Notes: generated by a model not told the origin, from the sequence alone. DNA of 64,000 nt from Eledone cirrhosa (GCA_964016885.1 OZ024750.1:47058001-47122000), one strand, 5' to 3'; positions 1 to 17,170 are shown, counted from the first letter of the stretch. Numbers and translations: made by a program.

Positions 1-191
1 CAAAATAAAATAAGAATAGAAAATAAAAAGATAATGATGACAGACGGGTGATTTAGGTTGGGGTATTTTGAAAGTATTATCCTATAGATGTGGTAATGCT
101 ATGAGAGGTTGTGACTCTAAAAGGTTGAGGGACTGTCGATTGAGTTAATGTCCAATTGGTCAACTGAGAGTTAATTGTGTTCATGATGTGT

Positions 192-3042
192 AAAGCTGGT
201 TTGTTGGCGACAGTATAGTAGACATTTTAAAGTGGGTTTGTTGGCGTCAATATAGTAGACCTTTTAAAGTGGGTTTGTTGACGTCAGTATAGTAGACATT
301 TTAAAGTGGGTTTAATGACGTCAGTATAGTAGACATTTTAAAGTGGGTTTGTTGACGTCAGTATAGTAGACATTTTAAAGTGGGTTTGTTGACGTCAGTA
401 TAGTAGACATTTTAAAGTGGGTTTAATGACGTCAGTATAGTAGACATTTTAAAGTTGGTTTCTTGGCGTCAGTATAGTAGACATTTTAAAGTGGGTTTGT
501 TGACGTCAGTATAGTAGACATTTTAAAGTGGGTTTGTTGGCGTCAGTATAGTAGACATTTTAAAGTTGGTTTGTTGGCGTCAGTATAGTAGACATTTTAA
601 AGTAGGTTTGTTGGCGTCAGTATAGTAGACATTTTAAAGTTGGTTTGTTGGCGTCAGTATAGTAGACATTTTAAAGTGGGTTTGTTGGCGTCAGTATAGT
701 AGACATTTTAAAGTGGGTTTGTTGGCGTCAGTATAGTAGACATTTTAAAGTTGGTTTGTTGACGTCAGTATAGTAGACATTTTAAAGTTGGTTTCTTGAC
801 GTCAGTATAGTAGACATTTTAAAGTTGGTTTGTTGGCGTCAGTATAGTAGACATTTTAAAGTTGGTTTGTTGACGTCAGTATAGTAGACATTTTAAAGTT
901 GGTTTGTTGACGTCAGTATAGTAGACATTTTAAAGTTGGTTTGTTGGCGTCAGTATAGTAGAGATTTTAAAGTTGATTTGTTGATGTCAGTATAGTAGAC
1001 ATTTTAAAGTTGGTTTGTTGACGTCAGTATAGTAGACATTTTAAAGTGGGTTTGTTGACGTCAGTATAGTAGACATTTTAAAGTTGGTTTGTTGACGTCA
1101 GTATAGTAGACATTTTAAAGTGGGTTTCTTGGCGTCAGTATAGTAGACATTTTAAAGTTGGTTTGTTGGCGTCAGTATAGTAGACATTTGAAAGTTGGTT
1201 TGTTGGCGTCAGTATAGTAGACATTTTAAAGTGGGTTTGTTGGCGTCAGTATAGTAGACATTTTAAAGTGGGTTTGTTGGCGTCAGTATTGTAAACATTT
1301 TAAAGTGGGTTTGTTGGCGTCAGTATAGTAGACATTTTAAAGTTGGTTTGTTGGCGTCAGTATAGTAAACATTTTAAAGTGGGTTTGTTGGCGTCAGTAT
1401 AGTAGACATTTTAAAGTTGGTTTGTTGACGTCAGTATAGTAGACATTTTAAAGTTGGTTTCTTGACGTCAGTATAGTAGACATTTTAAAGTTGGTTTGTT
1501 GGCGTCAGTATAGTAGACATTTTAAAGTTGGTTTGTTGACGTCAGTATAGTAGACATTTTAAAGTTGGTTTGTTGACGTCAGTATAGTAGACATTTTAAA
1601 CTTGGTTTGTTGGCGTCAGTATAGTAGAGATTTTAAAGTTGATTTGTTGATGTCAGTATAGTAGACATTTTAAAGTTGGTTTCTTGACGTCAGTATAGTA
1701 GACATTTTAAAGTTGGTTTGTTGGCGTCAGTATAGTAGACATTTTAAAGCTGGTTTGTTGACGTCAGTATAGTAGACATTTTAAAGTGGGTTTCTTGGCG
1801 TCAGTATAGTAGAGATTTTAAAGTTGATTTGTTGACGTCAGTATAGTAGACCTTTTAAAGTGGGTTTCTTGGCGTCAGTATAGTAGACATTTTAAAGTTG
1901 GTTTGTTGACGTCAGTATAGTAGACATTTTAAAGTGGGTTTCTTGGCGTCAGTATAGTAGACATTTTAAAGTTGGTTTGTTGGCGTCAGTATAGTAGACA
2001 TTTGAAAGTTGGTTTGTTGGCGTCAGTATAGTAGACATTTTAAAGTGGGTTTGTTGGCGTCAGTATAGTAGACATTTTAAAGTGGGTTTGTTGGCGTCAG
2101 TATTGTAAACATTTTAAAGTGGGTTTGTTGGCGTCAGTATAGTAGACATTTTAAAGTTGGTTTGTTGGCGTCAGTATAGTAAACATTTTAAAGTGGGTTT
2201 GTTGGCGTCAGTATAGTAGACATTTTAAAGTTGGTTTGTTGACGTCAGTATAGTAGACATTTTAAAGTTGGTTTCTTGACGTCAGTATAGTAGACATTTT
2301 AAAGTTGGTTTGTTGGCGTCAGTATAGTAGACATTTTAAAGTTGGTTTGTTGACGTCAGTATAGTAGACATTTTAAAGTTGGTTTGTTGACGTCAGTATA
2401 GTAGACATTTTAAACTTGGTTTGTTGGCGTCAGTATAGTAGAGATTTTAAAGTTGATTTGTTGATGTCAGTATAGTAGACATTTTAAAGTTGGTTTGTTG
2501 ACGTCAGTATAGTAGACATTTTAAAGTGGGTTTGTTGACGTCAGTATAGTAGACATTTTAAAGCTGGTTTGTTGACGTCAGTATAGTAGACATTTTAAAG
2601 TGGGTTTCTTGGCGTCAGTATAGTAGAGATTTTAAAGTTGATTTGTTGACGTCAGTATAGTAGACATTTTAAAGTGGGTTTCTTGGCGTCAGTATAGTAG
2701 ACATTTTAAAGTTGGTTTGTTGGCGTCAGTATAGTAGACATTTGAAAGTTGGTTTGTTGGCGTCAGTATAGTAGACATTTTAAAGTGGGTTTGTTGGCGT
2801 CAGTATAGTAGACATTTTAAAGTGGGTTTGTTGGCGTCAGTATTGTAAACATTTTAAAGTGGGTTTGTTGGCGTCAGTATAGTAGACATTTTAAAGTTGG
2901 TTTGTTGGCGTCAGTATAGTAGACATTTTAAAGTGGGTTTGTTGGCGTCAGTATTGTAGACATTTTAAAGTGGGTTTCTTGGCGTCAGTATAGTAGACAT
3001 TTTAAAGTGGGTTTGTTGGCGTCAGTATAATAGACATTTTAA
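192..3042. repeat. 37-bp tandem minisatellite, ~77 copies (consensus CAGTATAGTAGACATTTTAAAGT[G/T]GGTTTGTTG[G/A]CGT)
   Basis: Unit starts at 211 and 248 give a period of 37. The array runs to ~3042 with no unique spacers. Confidence 0.97.
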
Positions 3043-3499
3043 ATCCGGGTGGTTCTGAATGGATAGCGAGATTGCCGGATGGAATCACACTCGTTACGGT
3101 TTCTAGTTATATAATTTAGTGGCGGGCGAGAGAGTTGGAGTTTGGTACTCCATTTTACATCAGCGGCTGATTCACTAAAAGTTGCGGCGCACATTATATA
3201 TTTCATGGTAAAACAATTAGAAACATAGTTTCCTTTGTCGTGATCCGTGATAGCTTTCTTTACTTTCCAGTGAACGATGAAGTAAGCAGGAAACATAATT
3301 AACTTCATGGACTAAACCCTTGAAGTAGTTTCGCCTTCATCACCGCAGTCCAATAACTGAAGTCAATATAAGAATAAATGAATGTACTTGTCTATATATA
3401 CACACATACGCCCAAAACATACAGACACCGATATATATGTATATATATACACGGACGCTCACATAAGCATATATATACATACACAGACACACACATATA

Positions 3500-3796
<297 letters not shown>

Positions 3797-4263
3797 TTGT
3801 AGTAGGGAAATATTTGAAGAACGTAAACATTGCCGAACTAAAATTGCTTCTGGCAAGTTGTATGGTTGATACATCAAACAAAGGTTCAGGGAAAATAGAG
3901 AAGAAATGACAGTTGGCTATTCCACAGATTCTTAAAGTGAGAATTGGATTATAAGCATGAATTGCTGCCAAATACTTCAGAAATACTTCGTATACGATGA
4001 ATTTCGCAACCCAATTATCTTGTTATTTCTACTATACACAGTAGACATAGTAAGAACTATAAGGTTTAAACAAGGGCAACTTTAACTTTAAAGCAAATAT
4101 ACAATTCCGGAAATATTTGTGTATAATGTATGCATTCAATATGAATGCACTTTGCACTCAGTCTTATAGAACTCTTGAGGACTACTTTCGGTTAATTGCA
4201 TTTCACACTGGCCTCACATAGCCACAGAGAGAGCAGTACATGAATACTTTCTCATATTCTCTT

Positions 4264-4329
<66 letters not shown>

Positions 4330-4665
4330 AATCTCTCTATCTCTCTACCTCTCTCTCTTTCTCTCTCTCTCTATATATATATATAGATATATAGATATAT
4401 ATATGAGAGAGAGAGAGTAATGTAGAAGAAACTTCAAATAAAGATAGAATATTTAAAAACAAAGTCAAAATTCATACGCATGGGAAGATATTCCTTTTTT
4501 TATAATCAGTGTTTTCAGTGAAATCAGTAAACTACGAAAATTATAAAAAATATAAAGAATTGTATGATGAATTCTAAACAGAGGAATAGTATGCTACCTC
4601 CTGTAATTCAATGAAACCTGTGTATATCAAGAAATAATATATTAAAATTTGGATATTTATTCATA

Positions 4666-4697
<32 letters not shown>

Positions 4698-4699
<2 letters not shown>

Positions 4700-5870
4700 A
4701 AAGTTCTATTTAAATTGTTGGGATACAAGAAGCAAATATTATTATAACTGATATGAAGCACTCGACAAATATTTGGAGTAGATATACAATATTAATAAAT
4801 GGAAACTATATTTATAAAACCATATTTATTTCATTATATATATTTCAAGGATACCAAGTTAAATCATGGTATACCTTCATCAGACAAAATACAATATATA
4901 ACAGTTTTACAAATAGATATTGACGTACCCTTTCAAAAAAGGTAACCGTTGTTTTTGGAGGCCATCCGGATAGTGGTTTGTTTACTTTAGTAAGTCATAG
5001 TGTTAAGAGTAAGTAAAAAGATGGAGAGAGAGAGAGAGAGAGGAAAACGTGGAGAAAAGAAAGGGAAAGATAGATAAAGAAAAAGAAGGAAGCAAAAAGA
5101 AAAGAGAACAGAGGAAAAAAACGGGGAGATATCAAAACATCAGACAGAGAAAGTACTCAAGAGAGAGATATGCAGAGATAGAGAGAGGGGGGAGAGAACG
5201 AAAACCTTAAGTTATGTTATATTAAGTATATGAGTATATATATATATTTATGTACCTTTGCCTACGTATATGTGATATACGATAGATAATCTCTCTAGCA
5301 ATATTATACTTTATAATGTTTAAATTCCAATTTTTAACTAAATATATGATCATAATTAAACAATGTGTAATTTCTCATATTATATATCTATATTCCATTC
5401 ACGAATATTAATATTTCTAATTTTATTTATTCATTTCATCTCAATTGTTAACTCAACTTAATATAACATAATTTAAGGTTTTCGTTCTCTTCCCCTCTCT
5501 CTATCTCTGCATATCTCTCTCTTGAGTTCTGATGTCTTGATATCTCCCCGTTATTTTTTCTTTTTGCTTTCTTCTTTTTCTTCATCTATCTTTCCCTTTC
5601 TTTTCTCCACGTTTCCCCCTCTCTCTCTCTCTCTCCATCTTTTTACTTACTCTTAACACTATGACTACTAAAGTAAACAAACCACTATCCGGATGGCCTC
5701 CAAAATCAACGGTTACCTTTTTGAAAGGGTACGTCAATATCTATTTGTAAAACTGTTATATATTGTATTTTGTCTGATGAAGGCATACTATGATTTAACT
5801 TGGTATCCTTGAAATATATATAATGAAATAAATATGGTTTTATAAATATAGTTTCCATTTATTAATATTG

Positions 5871-5872
<2 letters not shown>
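4698..5872 (-). mobile_element. Family A PLE-type fold-back element with a hammerhead in each arm
   Basis: Inverted arms ~4786-5227 and ~5456-5872, plus an extra tail 4698-4785. (TA)n on both sides. HHR at 4827-4891 (-) and 5766-5830 (+). Confidence 0.88.
5766..5830 (+). ncRNA. Type I hammerhead ribozyme motif (family A)
   Basis: TATTTTGT-CTGATGA-aggcatacta..tggtatcctt-GAAA-TATATA-TA-ATGAAATA: stem I, core, stem II, palindromic stem III and AUA cleavage triplet. Confidence 0.8.
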
Positions 5873-5901
<29 letters not shown>

Positions 5902-5976
5902 GTGTGTGTGTGTATCTGTATATACATATATATATATATAAGTATGAATAAATAACCAGATGTTAATATATTATTT

Positions 5977-6025
<49 letters not shown>

Positions 6026-6070
6026 ATTGATGTATATATATACATATTTACATATCTGTGTGTGGGGGAG

Positions 6071-6090
6071 GTGCTTGCATTAGTATATAC

Positions 6091-6131
<41 letters not shown>

Positions 6132-6207
6132 ATATATATATATATTGTTATACTTTGGGAGGGTCATGTTGCCAATAAGAAACACACGTGCTTGCATTAG
6201 TATATAC

Positions 6208-6275
<68 letters not shown>

Positions 6276-6413
6276 ATACTTTGGGAGGGTCATGTTGCCA
6301 ATAAGAAACACACGTGTGTTTCTTATTGGCAACATGACCCTCCCAAAGTATAACAATATCGGTTTCAACACACGATTTCAGATAAAGAATCTTGCTAAAC
6401 AAATTCAGAAACG

Positions 6414-6416
<3 letters not shown>
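6071..6416 (+). mobile_element. Family B mini fold-back (perfect ~86-bp palindrome 6271-6356 plus 60-nt tail), with a local tandem duplication
   Basis: TTGTTATACTTTGGGAGGG...CACAC|GTGTG...CCCTCCCAAAGTATAACAA, then a tail ending in (TA)n. 6071-6187 is repeated at 6188-6313. Confidence 0.85.
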
Positions 6417-6474
<58 letters not shown>

Positions 6475-6481
6475 TATATAT

Positions 6482-6564
<83 letters not shown>

Positions 6565-7609
6565 CGTGATTGTGTATATGATTATGCTTAGGTGGGTCTG
6601 TCCTTGTGTCCTAGTAATTACTTAAGATGTTTAGGTGTTGTTATTTAAGCATGCTGCAAAATGTTTTCAGCGTTCAAATCTTATGTTTCGTCAATGTCTA
6701 AGTCTAGGTGTCTTTTTTCTGTATACGTGATATCTATCTATCCAATCTGTGTGTATCTATGCTCACGATTGCGTGTCTTAATGTGTTTAACAGGGATATA
6801 AAAGACGTTGGTCTATTGTTTTTGTATGCTACATTAATTGAGGTTTCGCATTTTCACTATGTTATCTGCACATAACATTTACATCTTAGTACATAGCTAA
6901 TAGCAAACAAATATTAATATTGTAGTTTCTTCGATATCAAATGAAATATGATGTTATATTTAAAAGCGGTTTTATATAACAATCAGATTCGTAGTATGGT
7001 GTCCCGTGTATCGAAATCGAGTAATCTTGTTAAATAAGAATGCTTTCTTGTGCAGATTCATATCTAAAGTTGTTATTGTTGATGGTGATGGTGGTAGCGG
7101 CGATGCTGAAGTTTCTGGTGGCGCTGCTTTTTAATCCTTAAACTAGTAAACTCAGTTCCGATGTGTGGACAGATAATTGTGTTACATCACAAGTGCATGT
7201 GTCATCGGAGATGAGTAAATATATATAGAAAAAAGAAAGAATTTGACAAAGAATTAGGATGAAGACATAAAGAATAGTCATGCTTGGTTATGTGTGATAG
7301 TTGTCTTGTAAGAAAGTTTGACTATGAAAGCTAACAAACGTTTGATAATTGAGCAAGAAATTTCCAAGACATTTACGCTTATATGTGGGAATTACACTCA
7401 AATAACAGTGATTTATCTTGCAAGATACTCTGCAAATATATAGTTATAAAAGTTCGAAAACTTTTTACAGTTTCATTTGAACTTTTTCGACATTCCGAGG
7501 AAATAAATGCGAAGATAGACTGTTCTACACGGTAGGGGAAATACACAAACCTCGTAAATGTTTTGGGTACAAGTGCATAACACCAACGGCCATGATAGCA
7601 CGAGAGCGG

Positions 7610-7925
7610 AGATTGCTTATCCCTCCGCTTCTGCCGAGACTTATCGAAGTGGATTCTTATAGATTTCCAGGGATGTTTAAGAGCTGAATAAGCAGAGCAG
7701 TTGCTGGTCCAGCAAAAATTAGAGTTTAGTATTAGTATAGTATATTATTATCAAATATACTGTACATACATTCATACATGCATCGCTATTTCAGAGCACT
7801 GATACTAATTTCAAATTTTCTCTGGACCGGCAACTGTTCTACTTAATCAGCTCTTAAACATCACTGGAATTCTATAAGAATCCAGCTTCGATAAGTCTAG
7901 GCAGAAGCGGAAGGATAAGCAATCT
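7610..7925. mobile_element. Diverged inverted-repeat (MITE/fold-back-like) element
   Basis: Arms 7610-7735 (AGATTGCTTATCCCTCCGCTTCTGCC..) and 7800-7925 (..GGCAGAAGCGGAAGGATAAGCAATCT) around a ~65-bp spacer. Confidence 0.75.
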
Positions 7926-8071
7926 TGAGAACGGTTAACAAACGAGAAACAGTTGTCAGTTACTTCCCTTTTGATTTTGCCGAGACATAAGTAAGTGACA
8001 TAATCACTACTTTAACACTCACAGCGAATAGACCTCAAAATGTCTTTAAATAAACATACAATATATTATAC

Positions 8072-8261
8072 GGGCGGTGGATTGGCATATCGGTAGAGAG
8101 TCGGAGGCCATGCATTCCAGCAGAGTTACGTCCCTTTACGGTCTGAGTTCAAATCCCGCTGAGGTTAAATTTGCCTTTCTTCCTTACGGGGTCGAAACAA
8201 TAAAGTAGCAGTAATGTACTGGGTAATTGCTGGCCTTGTGCCAACAAGTAGAAACAATTAT
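8072..8261 (+). mobile_element. Octopus-type tRNA-derived SINE (Meta-domain-like core)
   Basis: A box TGGCATATCGG, B box GAGTTCAAATCC, GCCTTTCTTCCTTACGGGGTCGA core, GGCCTTGTGCC tail. More than 10 copies in the window. Confidence 0.88.
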
Positions 8262-8286
8262 CTAATATACTTTACATACATTCATG

Positions 8287-8307
8287 TATATATATATATA
8301 TATAAGT

Positions 8308-8376
<69 letters not shown>

Positions 8377-8419
8377 CGTATATATATATTTAAATATATA
8401 TATATATATATACGTATAT

Positions 8420-8452
<33 letters not shown>

Positions 8453-8528
8453 AGTATATATATATATATACTTATTGTATATACATTTATTGTACTGCCT
8501 CTCTGTTTTGTCCCTGTTCAAATTTTTC

Positions 8529-8612
<84 letters not shown>

Positions 8613-8672
8613 GTATATATATATATATATATATATACGTATATATATATATACGTATGTATATATATACAC

Positions 8673-8724
<52 letters not shown>

Positions 8725-8830
8725 GTATATATATATATATACGTATATATATATATATATATATATACGTATATATATATATATATATACGTATATATAT
8801 ATATATATACGTATATATATATATATATAC

Positions 8831-8870
<40 letters not shown>

Positions 8871-8940
8871 GTATATATATATATATATATACGTATATAT
8901 ATATATATATATACGTATATATATATATATATATATACGT

Positions 8941-8987
<47 letters not shown>

Positions 8988-9077
8988 GTATATATATATA
9001 TATATATATACGTATATATATATATATATATATATATACGTATATATATATATATATACGTATATATATATATATAC

Positions 9078-9137
<60 letters not shown>

Positions 9138-9144
9138 GTATATA

Positions 9145-9179
<35 letters not shown>

Positions 9180-9187
9180 CGTATATA

Positions 9188-9225
<38 letters not shown>

Positions 9226-9245
9226 TAAATATATATATATATATA
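8287..9245. repeat. Compound (TA)n tract punctuated by TACGTA
   Basis: Directly visible; a ~55-bp unique insert at ~8480-8532. Confidence 0.93.
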
Positions 9246-9246
9246 A

Positions 9247-10498
<1,252 letters not shown>

Positions 10499-10521
10499 TA
10501 TATATATATATATATATATAT

Positions 10522-10727
10522 AGTAATACTAATATATTTGAAGACTAAAATTGAAAGTGGGCTCGATATCAAACATATAAGAACCGTAGAGCAATTATTT
10601 ATTAAAATAACAGATTAAGTGTACTGATGCATTCACAGATTGTTTTTTTTTATTAGATTCAGAAGATCCCGTTAAGTGTGAAAGCAGCGATTCTTTATTT
10701 AAACTTTAATCTATTATTTAAATAAAT
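10522..10727 (-). mobile_element. Family L short (TA)n-inserted repeat with a small inverted arm
   Basis: ATTTGAAGACTA start recurs at ~24813 and ~36011. Weak inverted repeat 10597-10620 / 10704-10727. Confidence 0.6.
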
Positions 10728-10735
10728 ATATATAC

Positions 10736-10804
<69 letters not shown>

Positions 10805-10835
10805 CACACACATATATATCTATATATATACACAC

Positions 10836-11028
<193 letters not shown>

Positions 11029-11071
11029 CACACACATATATATCTATATATATATACACATATATATATAT

Positions 11072-11116
<45 letters not shown>

Positions 11117-11160
11117 CATGTATATATACATATATATATACACATATATATATATATATA

Positions 11161-11728
11161 TGGTGGCTGCCAACTCGTTTTCGAGTACGACCACTACTTT
11201 ATATCCATGTAGGAGAACCCCTACCGATGCGCTGAACGAGTGTGACTTTTTAGTCCAGCCAGCGACTTGAAAACTCTGGTACAAACACTACACTTGTGAC
11301 AACTATTGACACATAGTGTTGGGCCCATGGTACCATGTGACGACAAGTGCGGAGAGATCTCCAGATATAAAGCAATGCCTGTGCCGTGAAGCTTTTATAG
11401 TGAGCAAAGGCACTGCACAAAGCCAGTCCCACTCTCTTAACCAAGATGATATTTACCAAAAAGAAGAACTAGTCAACATCATTGGATACCATCAGGGTTG
11501 CAGGTGTTATATCAGAGTTTTCCTTCTCCTAGAATTCTGCCTTGACAAAGGCTAAGGGGTCATCTCTCCCAGTGATTTTGGATGGCCATTGACACTTAAG
11601 AGCTCCTTTGCCCTTTGACAGGTTTTGTTTTTAGTCCTGCAGGATGTCCAAAGTCACCCTCCTCACCAAGAAACCTTGATGGGGTTGCCAGTTTAGTCGC
11701 CAACGACCCGACCATGAGACAGGTTGTA
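11161..11728 (-). mobile_element. Non-coding RTE-LINE-related repeat (UTR-like)
   Basis: GC-richer island between (TA)n tracts. 11580-11728 has an inverted diverged copy at 13872-14017. The RTE 5' UTR resemblance is recalled, not searched. Confidence 0.5.
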
Positions 11729-11805
11729 TGTATATATATATATATACATACATATATATATACATATATATATACATATATATATATATATACATATATA
11801 TATAC

Positions 11806-11941
<136 letters not shown>

Positions 11942-12440
11942 CCGCTGGTGATTAGAGATACATATATTTTCATGTATAGCCGTATACATTTGCGTATAGT
12001 CACTCCGATGTATATATGTAAATGTACAGATCACCGCTTCAGATCAACCAATGTGCGCAGACACAACTATGTACGTGTGAGAGTCTGTGTTTGTACCTTT
12101 TCAATAAAACACGACTGTGAATTTGTAACCACGACATTTGTAATATTATACATTATATCTTATTAACTACATGCGCGTGTTTTCGGTGATGTAGTGTGAC
12201 ATAGAGTGTTGCCTCAAGTGGATACAAGTTAACGGGGTCCTTGTCATTTCAATGCCTATGCCAAAATTGGTGTTTGCTTTCAAACACGCAAAAACACACA
12301 TATATGCGCGTATATACACACATATATACATACACATTTATATTAACATACACATTTATATAAACCCACACACACATATATATATGTATATATTTATCTC
12401 AGTTTTCCTGTATATCTCTCTATATATACATACACACACA

Positions 12441-12503
<63 letters not shown>

Positions 12504-12942
12504 ACACGCGCGCGCGCGCATATATATATATATACATAGATAAACATAGAAATATTGAGAGAGAAGCGAAAGAGCTGGGAGATATTTATTTGTATTATGG
12601 TATAAACAGATATATAATTGATAAACAAATTGCATTTCAAAACTTTGAAATATCTCAAAAAAATGATATAACAATGATGAATTCAAGCTTTTCTAGATTG
12701 GACATTCATGGCAAATGACCAGTACGTATAGTTGGCTTTAATCCCAGTGGGAGTAGATAATAACTACATCAAAGTGATTACAGTCAGTGACATATTGATC
12801 TCCTGACAGTTATTTGAGTAATAAACTTAATGTCAAAAAGAAACGAATTTTAACATCATGTTAACTCGTATTAAATGCACTTAAAATATATATGTTTTCT
12901 TAATAACAATTGAATGCTTGAATTCATATACATACATACGGG

Positions 12943-12975
<33 letters not shown>

Positions 12976-13614
12976 ATATATAATATAAAGAAAACGAAAA
13001 ATCAGTGATGCATCTGGACTTAGTTTATTTCGTGTTACAAATGTTTTGCCAACATGTAGCTAGAGTCATGGTCCTTGTATGGATCTGGGTGATTCTACTT
13101 CTGCGTGTTCTTTCAATCACCGGTGTTACGCCCGGAGCAAATGTTATCGCTGGGGTGTCGTCATAATAAAAACACCCTCCGAAAACCATATTTCCACTCT
13201 TGTCATGCCATTGGATGTTTTTACTCCACGTCATCACAAGTTCTGGTCAGTATCTGCTGCCTCACGGTTCATCAACCATATTCCTTCCGACACATTTCAA
13301 TGGAGTCATGCTGGGTTCAGTATTTCACACGACTATATATATATATATATCTCTCTATATAAATATATATACAGACATATACAATAGCTGTTAAATCAGT
13401 TGATCAAATGAGTATAATGAACGGCAAGCCACCTCAACTATGGGTTAAAACATTCACCAATAGTGCATGCCTGGTGAGTATGGCTACAACTGTGACATAA
13501 CTGATAACTGACAGAAACTAGTGGATCTCAAACACTGAGGGGGTTTCTCCATCAGGAGGGGGATGTCTCTTCATCGGATTGTATATACATTCATATATAT
13601 ATATATATATATAT

Positions 13615-13775
13615 GGAAAGAAACCAGATGGACCATAACGCACCAGAGTACTCAATACTCAGGGTATTAGAGTGGTTAATAGGAAAACAGTATGAACCCG
13701 ACGGCAGAGCTCAAGCCCTATAGCCGGCTATTTCTGGACTATTTCTGGATATATATATGACCCGACACCAGATAT
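13615..13775 (-). mobile_element. Family K element fragment
   Basis: GGACCATAACGCACCAGAGTACTCAATAC..GTATGAACCCGACGGCAGAGCTCA matches 52007-52125 and 52972-53156. Confidence 0.75.
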
Positions 13776-13793
13776 ATATATATATACCCAATG

Positions 13794-13835
<42 letters not shown>

Positions 13836-13871
13836 CTGGTGTCGGGTCACTCTTGATAACATGTAATCCAG

Positions 13872-14017
13872 TACAACCTGTCGCATTGTTGGGAAGTCGG
13901 CGACTAAACAGGCAACCCCACAAGTGTACTTGTTGAGGAGGGTGATTTTGGACACCCTGCAGGACAAAAACAAAATCTGACAAAGGGCGGAAGAACTCAT
14001 AAGAGTCAACGGCCATC
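13872..14017 (+). mobile_element. Second partial copy of the 11.2-11.7 kb repeat
   Basis: TACAACCTGTCGCAT..GGACACCCTGCAGGAC..AACGGCCATC is the diverged reverse complement of 11580-11728. Confidence 0.7.
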
Positions 14018-14301
14018 TGAAAGTGTGTAAATATGTAGATACACTTGTACCGCGTGGATAAACCACTGGGAGTGGCGGAGCCCTAGCTATGTCAGGGCAT
14101 TCTTCTAATATATGTCGATCTTTTCGGGTTAGAACTACTGTCGCTCAGAGAGTGGGGCTGGCTCAGTGCACAGTCTTTCCTCACTTTAAAATGCATCTCC
14201 ACGCACAGGCATTGCACGATACGATTAATTAATAATTATTAATAATCGCATATCGCACAATGGCCATACTCGATAACGAGGAGGCAACGATCATATATAC
14301 A

Positions 14302-15298
<997 letters not shown>

Positions 15299-15504
15299 GG
15301 GTAATATTAAATATTATCCAATTACATGTATGAGAATACCTGAATGTAAAATAAGTATATTACAGAGCCGAAACACATTACACATAACAATCAAAGAGTG
15401 ATTAAAACATGTGATTACTTACGATCGTTTCATCCTAAGTGATTAAATATTTTAAATACTCTTTGCTTCATAATTTATTCAATATATATATGTATATATA
15501 ACAT

Positions 15505-15719
15505 TTATATTTTGTGCAAGTGTATAATTCTCTCTATGCAGTGTTAATTAATATCACAGATGACGAATGAATATTAGAATTCAAATACTCAACGGTTTCT
15601 GAAATAGTTGCAATCAAATGATTGAAGGTAGAAACCTTCATAGCGACACATTGCTGTTTATTGTACATAAACATATCACATATACCAGGAAAATCAACAA
15701 AGTTATTTTAGTCCGACTC

Positions 15720-15725
<6 letters not shown>
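15505..15725 (+). mobile_element. Family E terminal segment (inverted partner at 17228-17445)
   Basis: AAGTGTATAATTCTCTCTATGCAGTGTT..TTAGTCCGACTCCTCTGA is the reverse complement of 17228-17445. A terminal stub also lies at 16338-16351. Confidence 0.8.
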
Positions 15726-15781
<56 letters not shown>

Positions 15782-15786
<5 letters not shown>

Positions 15787-16277
15787 GATATTAACAAATG
15801 GAAACTATATTTGTAAAACCATGTTTATTTCATTATACATATTTCAATGACACCAAGTTAAATTATGGTGTGCTTTCATCAAATAAAATATTATATAGAT
15901 CAGTTTTATAAATAAATATTGACATACCCTTAAACAATGCAACCATTACTGTTGGAAGCCCCCGGATAGTGGAGTTGTAGCTTTAATTATATTATTATTA
16001 TATCCACTATCCGGGAGCTTCCAACAGTAATGGTTTCATTTTTTAAAGGTATGTCAATATTTATTTATAAAACTGATTTATATTATATTTTATCTGATGA
16101 AAGCACACCATAATTTAACTTGGTGTCCTTGAAATATGTATAATGAAATAAATATGGTTTTATAAATATAGTTTCCATTTGTTAATATCGTATTTTTACT
16201 CCAAATATGTGTTGAGTGCTTTATATCAGTTATACAATTATTTGCTTGTTGTATCCCAACAATTTAAATAGAACTTT

Positions 16278-16280
<3 letters not shown>
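15782..16280 (+). mobile_element. Family A fold-back element with HHR (16086-16150)
   Basis: Arms 15782-15973 and 16003-16193, tail to 16280. CTGATGA 16094-16100, GAAA 16131-16134. Confidence 0.88.
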
Positions 16281-16331
<51 letters not shown>

Positions 16332-16380
16332 TATATATCAGAGGAGTGGGAATAAATTAATATATATATATATATACAAT

Positions 16381-17170
<790 letters not shown>

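Noticed and set aside
192-3042. CRISPR array
   Set aside because: Contiguous 37-bp units with no unique spacers, no cas genes, and a eukaryotic context.
192-3042. Hammerhead within the 37-bp unit (minus strand CTGACG..AAAATGTC)
   Set aside because: Lacks A9 and the GAAA half, and no stems can form.
3039-3308. 89-aa minus-strand ORF next to the minisatellite
   Set aside because: No recognisable motif; the nearby GTGATGAAGGCGAAA lacks HHR stems.
8072-8165. tRNA gene
   Set aside because: A and B boxes are present but belong to a SINE head; no cloverleaf, and many diverged copies.
13025-13330. Possible transposase remnant
   Set aside because: No DDE or other diagnostic motif could be confirmed by eye.
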